Below are positions 1 through 13,040 of a stretch of DNA of 64,000 nt, piece after piece. A program made the position numbers and the translations under genes. The stretch lies in the NCBI GenBank assembly GCA_951406725.2, contig OX597821.1, forward strand, positions 82,088,001-82,152,000, given 5' to 3'. Source of the stretch: Octopus vulgaris (taxonomy: Eukaryota). Under the pieces are notes generated by a model. The model was not told where the DNA came from. It saw nothing but the letters and a program-made list of their open reading frames with translations, and ran no database searches. How positions within the stretch are numbered: position 1 is the stretch's first letter; each line of letters opens with the position of its first letter.

Positions 1-187
1 TTTATGCTGGCCTCTCACACCTATCCTACAATGTTGTTTTAAATATTTATACATCATTGATATCTTGAAGCTACAAGATAATGCGTGATTAATTAAAAAC
101 TGTGTGAAGGAAATAAATATACATATATATATGTATTATACATACTCATCTATCTATCTGTATGTCTATGTCCTTCAATCTATTTAG

Positions 188-220
<33 letters not shown>

Positions 221-312
221 CCTATCTATCAATCTGTCTATCTACACACACACACACACACACACACAGAGTAAATACATTTGTCAGAGTAATCCAAATG
301 CTAATGGGTTAA
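1..312 (-). mobile_element. Partial piggyBac-like (TTAA) MITE split by a microsatellite
   Basis: Positions 1-120 and ~278-312 are reverse-complement matches to the complete MITE at 57221-57449; ends in ...ctaatgggttaa. Confidence 0.7.
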
Positions 313-606
313 AGAATCTGTTGAGAAATTCCAATGATTCTGGGATCTTCTACTGAGAGGTTCAGTTCCATTTTCACGCTATTCCTCTGCTCTACACATG
401 TTTATCCTACAGGTGTTGACTTCTAACTATTCAATACACTACATTAACCATGTTGATTTCACCTCACAGGTGAGATCACAGGGGACCTAAGAAGGTCAGG
501 TGAGTAACCCTTTGCCTTAGAGTAATTGAATTAGGAATAAAAGACAAGAACAAAAAAAAAAAATTCTGCATTTCATTCCCTACTGAATGTATCTTCTATG
601 TTTTCT

Positions 607-1050
607 ACCTTTTACTTGTTTCAGTCATTAGACTGCGGCCATGCTGGAGCACTGCCTTTAAGAATTTTTAGTCAAATGAATCGATCCCAATGCTTATTTT
701 TTTTAAAGCACGGTGCTTATTCTACCAGTCTCTTTTGTTGAACCACTAAGTTTGGGGATGTAAACACACCAATACCAGTTGTCGAGTGATGGGGAACAAA
801 CACATACACACCAGGCGTTAAATGATGATGATAACAATGATGACAACTATGATGACAATGATGATGATATACACATACATACATATGCATATGACAGCTT
901 TCTTTCAGTTTCTGTCAACCAAATTCACCCACAAGTCTTTGGTTAGCCCAAGGCTATCAAAGAAGACATTTGCCCAAGATGCTACTCAGTGAAAGTGAAC
1001 TTGGAACCATGTGGCTGGGAAGCAAACCTACCACAGAGCCACACATGTGT
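607..1050 (-). mobile_element. tRNA-derived CORE-type SINE (family A)
   Basis: Reverse-complement match to the full copy at 38560-38950, with an internal microsatellite. Confidence 0.8.
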
Positions 1051-1377
1051 CTAAATATATTTAGTTGTGTAAGATATCTTTGTTTCAGAGAATTGTCCAA
1101 GGTATTTCAAAATTCACAAGAATTTCAAAGAAAAAAGAGAAAAGGTTAAGAACCCTACTCTAATTCTTTCATTTATTTTTTTAAGTTTAAGTCACAATTT
1201 TTGAACAGTTATATCATTGGTTACAGGTGTCTAGCAGACCAAGCGTTTGTTCACCACATCATACATTTCTGCCAATAAGAGTGGGCAAGGGAGTGTTTGC
1301 AACATGATTCTGAGCAAATATCACAATGGACATTTTAATGTGGAACTTAGCAGATGAAAGCTCTGCAGAAAGCCATC

Positions 1378-1414
1378 ATCTGTCTGTCTGTCTGTCTGTC
1401 TATCTGTCTGTATG

Positions 1415-1506
<92 letters not shown>

Positions 1507-1788
1507 TTGATATCTATGCAATTTGCTAGCTTATATAGTCTCAAATATTCATCCCTCTATAGCACTTACAGTTACTCATACACATCTACACACGCAGACT
1601 AAACACAAACCTTCAGATACACTCACATACAAGCGTATACCACGTACATCTCCACCCACATCAGAAACAAAGAAAATTACACATTCAAGTACATATGTAC
1701 TGATTCTCGTATATATTCACACACACACACGTATACACAAATGCAAGCTCAAAGATACAGGAATACACAGATATGCCTATAGAAACAT

Positions 1789-1827
<39 letters not shown>

Positions 1828-2440
1828 TGCACACATATGCACTGAAATACATCCAAATACGCACATATAAACATACATGCTAAAATAACACACGCAGCTA
1901 ACCACACCCAAACATATATACATACCTCCACATTCCTAAACATATATACTCACAGCCACATACATATACACACATCCTTAAACATGCCCACCCCCAAAGG
2001 GCACATACATAAACACAGACACATTCACTGTCTGTCTGTTTGTCTCTCTGTCTTATACACACACATGCACACATGCAAACATACTCCATACTTGTAAATG
2101 CACACGTGCTAATATACACGCATGTGTGTGTGTATGTATGTATGAATGTATGTATGTATGCATGTATCCAAATATGTATACTCCCTCGCACACAAAGACA
2201 CTAAAAGAAAAGTACACAGAAACCCCACTCCCTGCATGAATGCACACACACACAAACACACATACACGCATGCACATACACAAAGCAAATACAAATATAC
2301 ATTGACATCAATACATACATGCATACACATACTTTAAACAAACACATAGATACGCATACATATAAAAACATAAACATACACACTTAAATAAACATATGCA
2401 TACACACATGCATAAACAGATGTGTAGTTAAAACAAACAC
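1378..2440. repeat. Compound microsatellite field: (TCTG)n, (TCTA)n, (TA)n, (CA)n
   Basis: Directly visible. Similar fields lie at about 2840-3190, 15640-16660, 17700-18510, 22900-23170, 34300-35020 and 48080-49230. Confidence 0.95.
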
Positions 2441-2606
2441 ACAGCTACATACTCAATAAATGTAGCCACATACAGTCTCACAAGTATACCAAAACAAACA
2501 TTGACCGATTCAGAGACACACAGACATATCTAACAGTACATCCCATTATTTCATCAAGATCAATGCTCTCATTCAGTTTTATTGGTCCACCGAGCAGGAC
2601 AAGCAG

Positions 2607-2648
2607 GTTACCATGCCAACGCCCAAATTACACATTGACCTTTCACCT
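2607..2648. promoter_or_regulatory. Candidate cis-regulatory cluster: RFX X-box-like site plus nuclear-receptor DR1
   Basis: GTTACCATGCCAAC at 2607-2620 and TGACCTTTCACCT (AGGTGA-A-AGGTCA on minus) at 2636-2648, in a unique island between microsatellites. Confidence 0.3.
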
Positions 2649-2890
2649 CTCAGTTTCCTTTACATCTTAAAGTGTTGTTTTGTGTTGGCTGTCAAAGTAC
2701 CCAGAACTGCAGTGGGTCGAGGGTAGATAGGTTGGTGTTGTACTGATTATCTAACTCCTGGGTATGAATGGGGTAGATGTATTGGACATCGTGATTGGAA
2801 AAAAAAAAGATGTCTGCTGTCTGTGTGTGTGGGAGTAGAAATATCCAAACACACACGCACACACTCAAACATATATTCACATACATATGC

Positions 2891-2940
<50 letters not shown>

Positions 2941-3129
2941 CATTATTTATACATACATATATACATTCATACATATATATATAGATATATATAATGATAT
3001 ATATATATATTGATATATATGTATATGTATGTGTGTGTGTATATATATACATACATGAATGTGTGTGTATATACATACATATATGTATATGTTTCTCTCT
3101 CACTTTCTCACTCTCTCTCTTCTCTCTCA

Positions 3130-3173
<44 letters not shown>

Positions 3174-3561
3174 GCATGTGTGTGTGTGTATGAATTCTTT
3201 TTGTTGGTTTCAGTCATTGGATGGCAGCCAACACTGGGTCATTACCTTCAAGGTTTTTTTTTTTGCTGTTCGCACTGAACCCAACACTTGTCTCGATTTT
3301 GTATTTATTTTATTGATTTCTAACTACAACTATCCAGTGGCTATCATTTTGACACAAACTCTGGTTTTTCTAGATGGGTGTAGTATGTCAAATTCATAAG
3401 TACATATATACACACATGCACATCTATATATTTGTGTGTGTGTGTGTTTAAGTGAGTGTTATGATTTCACTTAAGCATAGTGATATTTATGACCAGTTGT
3501 TAGAATTCAATATATTTATGCTTTAGAGTAAAGTGTTAAATGAGTACAGAGTGAAAAATTC

Positions 3562-3788
3562 ATTAATGAATGACAAGAGAACAGCAGTTGGTCAAATTAA
3601 GGCAATAGTAAAGAGTAAATGGTCCAGCAATCACAAAGAGTCTCTTTCATAGCTATTTTAATGGCTTTGAAGAAGCTGTAGGATGTTGCGCAAGCATTCA
3701 GCTCTCAGTGCACTGCTTCCTATAGCAGAAACATCCATAAGCTAATGAAGTTGATTTTGTAACTTCTGTTCTCTTGTCATTCATTAAT
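3562..3788 (+). mobile_element. Fold-back element with a degenerate hammerhead motif (probable Penelope-like pLTR remnant)
   Basis: Perfect 23-bp inverted ends (3562-3584 / 3766-3788). Inside: tggct-TTGAAGA-a-gctgtagga...tcctatagc-a-GAAAC-atcc-ATA-agcta. Confidence 0.55.
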
Positions 3789-4082
3789 ATATATGTATGC
3801 TACAATAACAACAGGCATATAATTCTTTTAGTCTCTAGCTCTGATGAAAAATTTACTAAAAAATTATAATGGAGTATCCTGTATGTTGAAAACCTATATG
3901 GTCTTATGCATTCAAGGAAGGTAGTGTATTTCAAATTGATGTAATGCTTGCGTTGATAGATTAAATGGAGCTGCCTGAAACGGCTGTAATGCACTAATAC
4001 ATTGACATCCTTGTTATTCATCTTACTTCAATTGACTTGGTGCCTCAATTTAAGTACCTAATTCAACTAAATCTGAATTATT

Positions 4083-4120
<38 letters not shown>

Positions 4121-4410
4121 TCATCATCATCGTTTAATGTCCGTTTTCCATGTTAGCATGGGTTGAATGATGGTGTCCTACCAGTGAGGTGAGCAAGTCA
4201 ACAATGCCTCTGATCAAAAAGCCACTTTGTCACAGGGTTACCTATTCGTAGCTGAGTGAACTGGAGCAATGGGAAACGAAGTGTTTTGCTCAATAACAAA
4301 ATGCACATCAATCTGGGAATTGAAACTGTGATCTCAAGTTTGTGAGTGCAACATGCCTAACCACGGGGCCACATGCTTTCACATACACGCACACACACAC
4401 ACACACACAT

Positions 4411-4845
4411 ATAGGTGTAGCTGTGTGGTAAGGCAGCGAGTTGGCAGAAATGTTAGCACACTGGTCGAAATGCTTAGCAGTATTTCATCTGCTGTTACAT
4501 TCTGAATTCAAATTCTGCCGAGGTCGACTTTGCCTTTCATCCTTTCGGGTTCGATAAATTAAGTACCAGTTACGCACTGGGGTTGATGTAATAGACTTAA
4601 TCCCTTTGTCTGTCCTTGTTTGTCCCTTCTAAGTTTAGCCCCTTGTGAGCAATAAAGAAATAAGAAGCTTGCTTCCCAACCACATGGTTCCAGGTTCAGT
4701 CCCACTGCATGGCACCTTGGGCAAGTGCCTCCTACTATAAGCCTTGGGGTGACCAAAGCCTTGTGAGTGGATCTGGTAGATGGAAATAGAAAGAAGCCCG
4801 GTGGTGCTCCAGCATGGTTGCAGTCAGCTGATTGAAACAACTAAT
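4411..4845 (+). mobile_element. Family A SINE with a family B SINE (~4432-4661) nested in its tRNA-like head
   Basis: The A head (ggctgtgtggtaag...) resumes at 4661 (taagaagcttgcttcccaacc). The insert matches the B copy at 20195-20426. Confidence 0.8.
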
Positions 4846-5149
4846 AGAATACACACACACACATGTATATATTAGGTGTTTGGTCATAAAAGGGACATTC
4901 CACGAACAGAAATCATACCAAAAAACAGAATGTAAAAGTGTAAAAGCAGGATAGGGACAGAATCTGACCAGAGGAATAATAATTCTAAATAAGAACTGGA
5001 TTGATAATGATAATGGCAGTGGTGAAGTCAATGACAAGAGAGACTCTGCAAGGTTTCTGTGTCCGTGATTTCTACTCTGAAGGTGTTGGTCGAATCAAGG
5101 CAATAGTAAAACAATAGCTGGTCAAACTGACCATGGAAAGTCTCTGTCA

Positions 5150-5680
5150 TTGGTAATGGCAATGATGATGATGATGATGATCATGATGGTGCTGCTGCTG
5201 CTAATGATGATGATGATGATGATGATTAAGATGATGATAATGGTGGTGGATGTGGTGATGGTGGTGATGATGATGATGGTAAGGAGGATAATAATGATGT
5301 GGACAACAACGATGACTATGATAGTGGTGATGGTTACAGTAGTAGCAATAATGATGATGCTGATGATAATGGTGGTGGGGGTGGTGGTGATGATGATGAT
5401 GGTAAAGAGGATGATAATGATGTGGACAACAAGGATGACTATGACAGAGGTGATGGTTACAGTAGCAGCAATAATGTTTATGATGATGATGATGATGATG
5501 ACGACAATGATGATGACAAGGAGGAGGCAAAAGAGACAGAGGGGGAAGACGGTGATATTGATTATAGTGGTGGTGATGATGATGGTTGTGGTGGTTATGG
5601 AGATGATGATGATGATGATGACTGTGAGATCGATGATGCTGGTGGTAATGATGTTGGTAAGTAGTGCTGATGCTGAATAA
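5150..5680. repeat. Cryptic (GAT/GGT)n trinucleotide tract with an internal ~123-bp tandem duplication
   Basis: ggtaaggaggataataatgatgtggacaacaa... at 5278 recurs at 5401. This tract produces the 176-196 aa low-complexity ORFs. Confidence 0.9.
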
Positions 5681-6528
5681 TAATTCTGCAAAAATGTTTT
5701 TTTTACAACCACATGATTGAGTTTTGCTCAAGGGGATAAAAATTATTTATTGTTTTTTTGAGAAAGGTACCATTCGTTTGGTAGAGAAAAATCAAAGGAA
5801 ATTCTAGTGAGAACAGTAGCATCTGCTAGAAATATTGGCTGGCATGTAGTGTGTTAGAGGTTCATTGGTATACAGCTACTATGTTGGTTGTGATGCTTGG
5901 GGACTGATAGTCTAGTATAAAGATTGTTTGGCAGCAGCATAGAATGAAATGTGAATAAATAAATGGTTAAACTATCTCTTGGAGGTTTCACTACACACAC
6001 ACACACATGTGTATGTATATGTATATTATTCATGGATTAACAATGCTACCAATGGTTTCATGCAGAGAGACTTTCCACCATTTTCAAGTGACCCACTTAT
6101 GGGAAAATTATGGAACTTCTTTCTGACTGGGGAGAAATATTATCTTGCTGGGAAACAAGTGAGTGTTAGCAACAGGAAGAGCATCCAACTGTATAAATTG
6201 TACCTCAGCAAATTTCATCTGACCTATGCAAGCAAGGATAAGTAAACATTAAAATGATAATGCTGTTACTGATGATATACATACATGCATGTGTATGAGT
6301 GCACGTATGTGCATGTGTGTGTGTGTTTGTACACATACACACATACATATATACATACATACATACATACATACATACATAATACATACATATATATATA
6401 TGTATGTATGTATGTGTACACACACACACACACACGCACACACACTCATACATGCACATGCACACATACACATGCATGCATGTATATCATCAGCAACAGC
6501 ATTATTTATCATTTTAATGTCTACTTAT

Positions 6529-6568
<40 letters not shown>

Positions 6569-6653
6569 GTATGTATGTACACATACACTCACACATGCAT
6601 GTATGTATATAATCAGCAACAGCATTATTTATCATTTTAATGTCTACTTATCC

Positions 6654-6706
<53 letters not shown>

Positions 6707-7300
6707 GTATGTATATACATACATACATACATACATACATACGATTTCCCTCTTCTCTTTTAGGAAGCAAGCCATGAAAGCCCGATCATCTTCAAAGTAT
6801 TGCAACTGCAACCATTCCATTCTTTTTTTACTCTCAGACATAGTGTATCTTGGACTATAATATCCAGTGTGGCTCTCCTCTCACAATACAGTAGAGAGTG
6901 ATTTGAGGGAGACTTCACAGCTACTTCTAACAGGCTAGCATGGTTCAGCACAGGAGACCTAAGATCAAAGACATTCCAACCATGACATATCATTTGTCTA
7001 TCCATAACTGCATTGTCTATGTTCCATGTGTTCCCTTTTTTAAGAAGGTATGGTTGACATTAAGAAGGGCATCCAGTCATAGAAACCATAGAAATCAGAC
7101 TGTAACGAAGTGCAGCTCTCCAGCTTACCAGTTCCAAACCCATGTTGCATGAAAAACAGATGTTAAATGATGATAATGATGATGATGATGATAATGATTT
7201 AGACGGTGTAGTTTGTAGAGGATATGTCTGCCATTTCTGGCTCCATGTAAAAGCTCCTGTACATGATGGTGGTGTTTGCTTATATGTATTTCCCTATTAA

Positions 7301-7357
7301 GGTATTCTCCAAGGATCCGTCATCTCACTAGCCCACCTTTACTTTTGTATCAATGAT
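7301..7357 (+). pseudogene. Eroded non-LTR reverse-transcriptase motif
   Basis: Translates to GILQGSVISLAHLYFCIND, resembling the LINE RT motif G(V/I)PQGSVLSPxLFxxxIND. Confidence 0.5.
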
Positions 7358-7399
7358 AGCTTTAACTTCCATCCATCCAACTTCTCCACCCATTACTCC

Positions 7400-7700
7400 T
7401 GTGAGGGCTGTTGGATTAGAGTCCTCAGGCACTGCTCTATAGGTCCCTATCACAAGCAACTGTCATCACATTCGCCCGTTGGATTCTCAGTTGTGACAAA
7501 TGGAGACTAAGGACATTGTCCAACCATATTGTTCCTGGTTTAGCTGAACGTCTCCTGCCAGTCATTTCAGCTCAAAGAATCCATCTTAGGATATTCTTTC
7601 CTTTAACATTCTAATCCCATGTCCACAGTATCAGAGTTGAGACCTCTCAATGCAGAAGAGTAGTGACTTGATCAGAAGAGACTCCCTGATCCCTTTTGTC
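7400..7700 (-). pseudogene. Degenerate 3' end of an RTE-clade (Expander/Rex3-like) LINE ORF
   Basis: Minus strand reads ...LLFCIERSQL*YCGHGIRM..., resembling IERSQLRWxGHxxRM; contains stops. Confidence 0.55.
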
Positions 7701-8081
7701 TAGATACCATCATTCACCAGCTTAGGTCCTTTTTCTGTTTATAATTTTTAATGATTTTTTTTTAATGATTTTTATGATGTTTTGTTTATGATATCACGGA
7801 TTAGATTTAAGACATGTCTTTTGGGTTTGTCCTAGTCCTTGTCTTTGGATACATACTATAAAGATAGAATCACAAATTCATCATTGCTGTATATAATGTG
7901 ATACATAAATGCATGTGTGTGTTTGTATGTGTATATGCATGTGTGTGTATGCGTGTGTAAATAGAGAAGAGATATAGAAAAAAACATTAATAAATACAAC
8001 TAAAAATATGAATAAATGAAATTTAAAGCTTTTTCACAAGATTCTTCATGTAAAATTTGCATCTATCTTGATACATGCTCA

Positions 8082-8095
8082 GTTGCCATGGCAAT
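8082..8095. promoter_or_regulatory. Near-perfect RFX X-box
   Basis: GTTGCCATGGCAAT, 13/14 identical to the palindrome GTTGCCATGGCAAC, in unique sequence. Confidence 0.35.
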
Positions 8096-8497
8096 AAGCA
8101 ATAGTTTTTCTTAAATTCATGTTTCTATCTTGATCTAGCTGTTTATTATCTCTCTTATCTTCTGTTCATAAAATTTCCATTCACATACACAAAATAATAG
8201 TCATCATCATCATCGTCATCATTGTCGTTATTGTTGTCACCGTCACCACCGTCACCACCATCATTATCATCAGCATCATAAGGGTGGTGAGCTTGCAGAA
8301 TCATTAGCACACTAGGCTAAATGCTTAGAAGAATTTTGTCTGTCTGTATGTCCTGGATTCAAATTCTGCCAAGGTTGACTTTACCTTTAATCCTTTCAGA
8401 GTTGATAAAACAAAAACCAGTTGCACACTGGGGTCAATATAATCGACTCCCCACTCTGCCCTGAAATTTCAGGTCTTGTGCTAATAGTTAAAAAAAG

Positions 8498-8566
<69 letters not shown>

Positions 8567-8734
8567 GTTGTTGTTATTAGGGAGTGAGCCGACAATATTG
8601 TCAGAAAAAAATACATTGTTGCATCTCTTCCAGATGAAAAGATGAAATAAATACCAGTTGAGCAATGGGGGTTGAAGTAATTGATTAAACCCTCCCCTCA
8701 AAATTTCAGGCCTTGTACTCAAATTTAGAAACAG

Positions 8735-8789
<55 letters not shown>

Positions 8790-8854
8790 CAATATTGTTG
8801 TTGTTGTTGTTGCTGTTGCTGCTGCTGCTGCTGTTATTATTATTGTTATTTTCT

Positions 8855-9206
8855 TATGGCACGTAAAAAGCACCATTCAAATGTGATTGTTACCAGCGTC
8901 ACCTTACTGGCACTTGTGCCATTGGCACATGAAAAACATTCAAGCGAGGACATTGCCAGTGCCACTGGACAGGCTCCTGTGCAAGTGACATGTAAAGACC
9001 ACCACTTGAGCGTGGCTGTTGTCAGTACCGCCTAACTGGCATGTGAAAGCATCCACTACACTCTCAGAGTGGTTGGCATTAGGAAGGGCATCCAGCTGTA
9101 GAAACTCTGCCAGATCAAGATTGGAGCCTGGTGCAACCATCTGGTTCGCCAGTCCTCAGTCAAATTGTCCAACCCATACCAGCATGGAAAGCAGATGTTA
9201 AACAAC

Positions 9207-9259
<53 letters not shown>

Positions 9260-9260
9260 G
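8855..9260 (+). mobile_element. RTE LINE 3'-UTR fragment with (GAT)n tail
   Basis: Matches the 3' end of the RTE copy at 58875-59830. Further copies at about 9512-9962(-), 14812-15220(-), 17160-17490(+), 27365-27770(-), 32826-32995(+), 37020-37295(-), 46700-46900(+), 53110-53390(-) and 62905-63095(+). Confidence 0.85.
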
Positions 9261-11331
9261 GAGGAGGAGGAGGAGGAGGAGGATTATTATTGTTGTTGTT
9301 GTTGTTGATATTATTATTATTGTCATTATTATTATTATTATTATTATTGACAGTCACAGTAGAATGCCTTGCCCTATTTGGCTACATGTTCTTTCACAGT
9401 TTGAATTTGAATCCTGCCAAAGTCGACCTTGCTTTCATTACCCGGGGTGGATAAAACAAGTACCAGCAAAATACTGAGGTCAATTTAACCAACTGTATTT
9501 CCCCCCCCCATTATCATCATCATTTAATGTCCATTGCCCATGCTGGTATGGGTTTGATGGTTTGACCAGGGCTGGCAAGCTAGAAGGCTGCACCAGACTG
9601 CACCAGATTCCAGTCTGATTTTGCATGGTTTCTACAGCTGGATGCCCCTCCTAATGCCAACCACTCTGAGAGTGTAATGAATGCTTTTATGTGCCACTGG
9701 CATAGGTGCCATTTGCGTGACACCAGTATCTGCCATGACTGCTATTTTGCTAGGCTTGATGGGTCTTCTTCTCAGGCATGACATAATGCCAAAGGTCTCG
9801 GCCATTGTCTCTGTGAGGTTCAACACTCAAAAGGAGTTTTCCACATGCCACTGGCATCAGCCACTTTGCCTCTGTGAGGCCCAACATTTGAAAGGTGCCA
9901 GTTACGTGACATCAGCATCAGCCATGACTATGATTTCACTCGGGTTGATGGGTCTTCTCAACCTTACAAAATTATAATTTTGTACCTAAGTTTGAAATCA
10001 TCATCATCATCATCGTTGTTATCATCATCATCATCATCACCAATATAGGTGTCATTATTGTTTTCATTGTTATCATCATTCGGTGGCAAGCTGGCAGAGT
10101 TGTTCAAGAATTAGAAAAAAAACGGTTTGTGATTCTGGTTCTTTAAATTCCGAGTTAAAATTCTGTTGCAATCAACTTTGCTTTTCATCTTTTCAGGGTC
10201 AATAAAATAAAGTTCCTGTCTGAGGTTGACAGAAATGATTAACCTACCTCCCCTCAGAAACTGCTGGCCTTGTGCTTAAATCAGAAACTATTCTGAGATA
10301 GTGAGCTGACAGAATTGTCAGAGAGTCAGAATAGATTCTTTGTCATAGTTCTTCTGGTTCCTTATGTTCTGAGTTCAAATCCTGTTGAGGTCAGTTTTGG
10401 TCTTTCATGCCTCTGGGGTTGATGAAATAAGGTACCGGTCAAGTACTGGAGTTGATGGTATCATCTCCACAATGGCCTCACAACTCTGAGATAAAAACGA
10501 GGGAATGACAGCAATGATAGCAAGGATAGCTAATAGATGGTGATAGGTGCATCATCATCCATATCATCATCGTCGTCATCGTTTTCGTCATCATCATCAT
10601 CATAGCAATCATCCTGATTGCCACTGTCATCGTCACCACCACCACCACCACCACCACCACACACCACCACTACGACTGCCTCAACAACTACTGTCACTAC
10701 CACCCACACCCTATGCTCTGTGTCAGCATCCTCTGTGTCAGTGTTGGGTAGCTGACTTTGCACTGCCTTCATTTGGCACCCGTCCAAAAACATACCCACC
10801 AGGAGTGTAAAACTAGGTCAGTGCTGTGCAGTGGGTGGGGTAACCTTTTTTTGTGATTTTTAGCATATTTAATTGGCTTCAGCAGGTTTTTTTGGCATGG
10901 CGCCCTCACTCAACAGCTGCCACTTTATAAGGGTAGAAACTCTTATAACAGTTAATAAATTCTACTTTTCAATATCATCATCATCATCATCATCGTCGTC
11001 ATCGTCGTTGTTGTTGTTGTTGTCATCACCAGCATGTCTTCCCTCACTGCCATCATTGTCATCACTGTTATCATTATTAATATCATTGTCAATATCATGA
11101 TTATACTGATCAAAATAATTGTCATGGTCATACTCACCTATAGTACAATAATGACGCTGTCTTTGACCATCACTCACAAGATCCTCCTCCTCCCCCCCAC
11201 CATCATCATTATTGTTGTTACTTTATCATCAATGTTGTTCAACATTTATTCATTTTCCAACTGGAACCTGAGCAGGAAGAGTCACCTACACAATAATATC
11301 TGATTAATTTTCCTATTCGTTACTGTCTTAC

Positions 11332-11442
11332 CTCACTCCAACTTTGACCGTTCTTCACAGAACCTGATCTGTGCAATTTAATCTCTGTCTCCCCACAATA
11401 TGGCCCTGTTTTACTGACAGCACAGCACAGAAGATTTTTCAT
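11332..11442 (-). CDS. Candidate first coding exon, MKNLLCCAVSKTGPYCGETEIKLHRSGSVKNGQSWSE (phase 0)
   Basis: ATG at 11442, in-frame stop upstream, 37 open codons ending at a consensus GAG|GTAAG donor; non-repetitive sequence. No homology recognised. Confidence 0.4.
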
Positions 11443-12808
11443 GGAGAAAATACTGCTTGACCAGTTTTATATAAATTACATGTAACACTGTGAAGTATTC
11501 TTGGACAACAGGCTGAGGCCATGAACATACTTGGATCTCTGTAATTATCCATGTAACTCTTGCTGTTAAATTCTTGAATGATCCTGAATGAATTGATGAT
11601 GACCAAAGGCCTTCTGGCCATGACTATCCAATCTTTTGTCAGGTAGTTGGTACTGCTGATCATGATGGAGTGGAGTTGATGATCAATAGCACTAACTCTA
11701 ATATAGCTAACTTGCTGTCTTAGTTTGTGATGCCTTGTGATCCTGTGGCTTATATGACTTTCTCAACTCATTATTTTCTCGTGGTTCTCCTATTGCGGTT
11801 CCCCTATCGTGGTTTATTATTCAAGCACAAGGCCAGCACCTTTGAAGAGATGGGGTCAGCTGATTATATCAACCCTAATACTTGATTGGTATTTTATTTT
11901 ATTGGCCCCAGAAGGATGAAAAGCAAAATCTCAGCAAGATTTGAACTCAGATTGTAAAGAACCAAAACAACTACTGCAAGGCAATTTTTCCAATAGTCTA
12001 ATGATCTTGCTAACTTGTTGCCTAAAGTTGTTTCTAAATTAGGAACAAGACCAATAATTTTGAGAGGTAAGTTTTGGATGACCTACCCCAGTACGTGACT
12101 GGTAATTTATTTTATTAAGCCTGGAAGGATAAAAGGCCAAGCTGACCTCAGAATGTGAAGGGCTGAAAGAAATTCCAGGAAGCATGTTGTCCAATGCATT
12201 AATGATTCTGCTAGTTCAATAATAATGATTAACACTTAATAGATCTGACATAATTTTCCATTATGAAAATGGCAAAAGCCCACTAATTATTGACATACTA
12301 ATGCCAAATGACTATAATGTTGTGCAGAAGTCACCAGTAAGGCTAAGGAGTTACACTAGCTTAGTGATGGACTTCAAAGCATTGTGGCAATTAAGGAATG
12401 AGCCTATCGTTCTATTTGTAAGTGATATAACTAGAGTGTCATGCAATCAAGATAATGACGATGATATGATTATGGTGATGATGAGGCTGATTCATAAATT
12501 CAGCCAAGACATAGAAGTGAATATGACATAACTAAAACTGAGAACATTTAATTAGATATACAGACACTAAAATCAGAAAATTAACCAAATTGATCCATAC
12601 AAATAATAAGAGGTTAATGAAATTGATATGATTACAATACATAGAAAATTATGAAGAAAAAAGAAAAGAGTGCCACAGAAGATTTCATCTAATTTAAAAA
12701 ACTGAATCCAAAGCTAGAAATGAGGTAATAGGTATACATACACTAGCTAACCAAGTTACAAATTACGGTTTCATCATATTAAGCGAGAAGTTAAGTAAAC
12801 TGAAGAGC

Positions 12809-13040
12809 TTACCTCTTTCGATACCCACCCGGCTGAAACCACCCCTGTTTCTGTAGTACATATGTCTTGTTTTCATAAGTTTTGTAGTAAAATCTTCTAC
12901 CAAACCTTAGTCACAATTTATGTTCCTAACATCAGCTTAATGATAACTAAGTTATTTTACTAAATTCTTTCTATATTTAAAATTAATTGGAAAAAAAAAC
13001 ACAGAGTATTTCAAAATAGATTTGATAACAGATGGGTTAA
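12809..13040 (+). mobile_element. piggyBac-like (TTAA) MITE, second family, decayed
   Basis: Ends ttacctctttcgata... and ...ataacagatgggttaa are degenerate TTAACCCTTT/AAAGGGTTAA termini around ~230 bp of AT-rich sequence. Confidence 0.55.

Noticed and set aside
3841-3905. CTGATGA...GAAAACC-tatat-GGTC hammerhead-like motif
   Set aside because: Stems I and II cannot be paired.
5122-5731. Longest ORFs (176-196 aa; poly-I, poly-M, poly-H, poly-D)
   Set aside because: Open in several frames on both strands because they translate a (GAT/GGT)n tract.
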